Origin: Candidatus Eiseniibacteriota bacterium
Lineage (GTDB): Bacteria > Eisenbacteria > RBG-16-71-46 > SZUA-252
DNA length: 64,000 nucleotides
Reading direction: 5' to 3'
Assembly: GCA_963703225.1 (NCBI GenBank)
Contig: OY969801.1
Coordinates: forward strand, 1,120,001-1,184,000
The notes beneath the pieces are model-generated. The model made no database searches, had not been told where the DNA came from, and saw nothing but the letters and a program-made list of their open reading frames with translations. Positions 61,615 to 64,000 of this stretch are shown one piece after another; the stretch's first letter is position 1; each line of letters starts with the position of its first letter. The position numbers and the translations under genes are program-made.

Positions 61615-62706
61615 ATGGCAACGCGCACGCTGACGGTTCCCGAGCCCTACCTGGTGCTCGACGACGAAATCATCGCCTCTCGGATCCGCGAGGCCAAGAG
61701 GACGCTGGGTCGGTCGCTCGTCGTCCTCGGGCATCACTATCAGCGCGACGACGTGATCGAGCACGCCGACATCACCGGCGATTCGTACAAGCTGGCGCGT
61801 CTCGGCTCCGAGCGCACCGACGCCGAATGGATCGTCTTCTGCGGCGTCCATTTCATGGCGGAGAGCGCCGACATCCTCCGCCAGCCGAATCAAGCGGTGG
61901 TGCTCCCCGACATGAACGCCGGCTGCTCGATGGCCGACATGGCCCCCACCGACGACGTCGTCGAAGCGGGAGCCGCGCTCGAACGACTCGGGCTCCAGTC
62001 GATCATGCCGATCACTTATATGAATTCCACCGCGGAGCTCAAGTCGTACTGCGGCGAGAGAGGCGGCGCGGTCTGCACGTCATCCAACTGCCGCGCTCTC
62101 TTCGACTGGGCCTTTGGCCAACGGGAGCAGGTCTTCTTCTTTCCCGACGAGCACCTGGGCCGTAACACGGCCGTATCGATGGGAATCCCGCTCGATCAAA
62201 TTGTCGTCTGGGATCCCAAGCGGGAGCAGGGAGGGCTCTCGGAGGAGGCGCTCAGGGCCGCGAGGGTCATCGTCTGGAAGGGTTGCTGCTCCGTTCACAC
62301 CAAGTTCCTGCTCCGCCACGCGGAGGAGCGCCGGGCCGAGGATTCGAGCGTCAAGATCCTGGTCCACCCCGAGGTCCCGCACGAGGTGGCCCGCTCCGCG
62401 GACTTCGTCGGGTCGACCGAGTACATCATCCGCACGCTCCGGGAGGCGCCCGCGGGGAGCAGCTGGGCGGTGGGCACCGAGTACCATCTCGTCCAGCGGC
62501 TCGCGAAGACGCTTCCGGACAAGAAGATCGTCGTCTTGTCGAAGGATTTCTGCATGTGCGCTACAATGTACCGGATCTCTCCTCAGAATCTATTGTGGGC
62601 GCTGGATCGGATCGTAGAAGGTGAGCCGGTAAACGTGGTACGGGTGCCGGAGACAACCAAGCACTGGGCCCGCGTCGCGCTCGATCGAATGCTCCAGGTC
62701 CACTAG
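61615..62706 (+). CDS. nadA: Quinolinate synthase
   Basis: GHHYQ, GDS, FCGVHFMAE, AGCSMA, YMNS, CTSSN, PDEHLG, HPE, GTE, CATM. Confidence 0.95.
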   Translation: MATRTLTVPEPYLVLDDEIIASRIREAKRTLGRSLVVLGHHYQRDDVIEHADITGDSYKLARLGSERTDAEWIVFCGVHFMAESADILRQPNQAVVLPDMNAGCSMADMAPTDDVVEAGAALERLGLQSIMPITYMNSTAELKSYCGERGGAVCTSSNCRALFDWAFGQREQVFFFPDEHLGRNTAVSMGIPLDQIVVWDPKREQGGLSEEALRAARVIVWKGCCSVHTKFLLRHAEERRAEDSSVKILVHPEVPHEVARSADFVGSTEYIIRTLREAPAGSSWAVGTEYHLVQRLAKTLPDKKIVVLSKDFCMCATMYRISPQNLLWALDRIVEGEPVNVVRVPETTKHWARVALDRMLQVH

Positions 62707-62730
62707 GAAAGGCTTCGGTCAGGAGGTTTC

Positions 62731-62928
62731 ATGGCTTACGAGATCGTCAAAGACATCTGCGAGGGCGAAAGCTCCTGCGTCGACGTCTGCCCCGTCGACT
62801 GCATCAAGAAGGGCGAAGGGGACAACGGCAAGGGCACCAAGTGGTACCTCATCGTCGCGGAGGACTGCGTCAGCTGCAACGCCTGCCTGGAAGCCTGCCC
62901 GGTGGAGGGGGCGATCCTCCCCGATTAG
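62731..62928 (+). CDS. Dicluster Fe-S ferredoxin
   Basis: CEGESSCVDVCPVDC and CVSCNACLEACP; AGGAGG RBS. Confidence 0.9.
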   Translation: MAYEIVKDICEGESSCVDVCPVDCIKKGEGDNGKGTKWYLIVAEDCVSCNACLEACPVEGAILPD

Positions 62929-63123
62929 CCTCAGACGTAGGCTATTTTATAGCAATTAGTTCCAGGATCTACGGCCGCCTTTCCCGGGGACGCCCGAGCT
63001 TCACTCCCGCCCGCTTTCGCCTCAAGTACTAAGTCCTTGAACCCGATACTCATCGGTACGGAACCCGCGGCGGGCGCCGCGCTCGGCCTGTGCCTCTTCG
63101 CATCCCGGGAGACTGCAACCGCG

Positions 63124-64000
63124 ATGAATTGCTCCGAAGCAAAACTCAAGCTGGAGCCCTGTGCTTCAGGGACCCTTCCGGCCGAAGAGAGGATCGCGCT
63201 CGAAGAGCATCTGGCCATCTGCGAAGGCTGCCGGCTGGAGCTGGAGCTGACCCGCGCCGTACTCGGTTCTCCCGCGTTCGAGGGCGTCGAGGGGGCTTCC
63301 TCCTCGACACCCGAGGCGACACCCCCGATCGACGACCCGTCGTCGGGGTCCGAGCCGCAGACATTCGGAGCCTCGTCGTCCGCCGAGACCGATTCCGAGA
63401 TTTCGTTCGCCGATCTCTCCCTGGAGGGGCCTGGTTCGAAGTCGACGCCCGGGCCGGCGACGGTCTCCGCAGCGGGCTACGCGGGTTCCGGGTCGGAGCC
63501 TTCCAAGGCGCCCGGAAAGGCCGCACCCGAACCCGGCGCGCCCGCCGAGGCTGCCTCGAACCTCTGGGATTTCGAGCCGGTCGACGCGCACCGCGATTCC
63601 GGCCCGCCCGAGGGGAGCCTCTCCTTCGCCAACGAAGCGCTCTCGCGGAAACGGGAAGACGAGGTGAAACGGAAGGCCACGATTCTCCGGCTCGCGCTCT
63701 GGGGTGGAGGAATCTGCGGAGGACTCCTGCTTCTGGGCGTATCGGTCTGGATCGCGCTCGCGTTCCGCCAGGGGGACAATTCGGACAAGCCTTCCAAGGC
63801 TACGGGCGGGACGCCGGTGCCGGGAACGACGACCGCGCCGCCGCCGGTCCCGCCCCCATCGGCGGCGATGACCGACTCGACGAACGGCGCGGCCACCGAT
63901 CCGGGCGCGGCCACGACGGTGCCGCCGACGATCGATCCCGGCGCGGCGACGCAGCCTCCGATCTCGGTTCAACCGCCAAGCGGCGGAGATCGCGCTGCGC
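63124..64000 (+). CDS. ZAS/zf-HC2 motif single-pass membrane protein, 3'-truncated by the window edge
   Basis: Manual translation MNCSEAK…EEHLAICEGC (HxxxCxxC), low-complexity linker, TM at ~63682-63765, Pro/Thr-rich tail; no stop before 64000; absent from the ORF track. Confidence 0.75.
   Translation, partial: MNCSEAKLKLEPCASGTLPAEERIALEEHLAICEGCRLELELTRAVLGSPAFEGVEGASSSTPEATPPIDDPSSGSEPQTFGASSSAETDSEISFADLSLEGPGSKSTPGPATVSAAGYAGSGSEPSKAPGKAAPEPGAPAEAASNLWDFEPVDAHRDSGPPEGSLSFANEALSRKREDEVKRKATILRLALWGGGICGGLLLLGVSVWIALAFRQGDNSDKPSKATGGTPVPGTTTAPPPVPPPSAAMTDSTNGAATDPGAATTVPPTIDPGAATQPPISVQPPSGGDRAA

Overview
GC-rich bacterial chromosomal window, mostly housekeeping and catabolic genes. A secreted protein with a T9SS/FlgD-Ig-like tail and many orphan lipoproteins suggest an FCB-group-like lineage such as Ca. 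Eisenbacteria (inference only). Contents: tRNA-Glu(TTC); acyl-CoA dehydrogenase; fatty acid desaturase; S41, S8, M16 and HtrA proteases; ferritin; Ddl-like ATP-grasp enzyme; cold-shock protein; glpD-glpK; an RND pump; an orphan cytochrome oxidase subunit III; a tyrosine catabolism cluster (gdh-hppD-FAH-hmgA-flavin reductase); cstA; SOD; a ~890-aa GreA fusion; cN-II nucleotidase; GlmU-like protein; rhomboid; korAB; nadA; a ferredoxin; and a truncated ZAS-motif membrane protein. No CRISPR array, integrase or transposase was seen. Many genes carry single-base frameshifts, nearly all +1, which look like assembly errors. The best candidate for a new system is a minus-strand operon at 2056-3725. A putative sigma54 promoter with an IHF-like site and a palindrome precedes a 25-aa hydrophobic peptide ORF missing from the ORF track, then a multi-TM sensor-like protein with no output domain, then a translationally coupled ZU5-like lipoprotein ending in an HF|S autoproteolysis-type motif that could expose the peptide SRYGGGKAGW.
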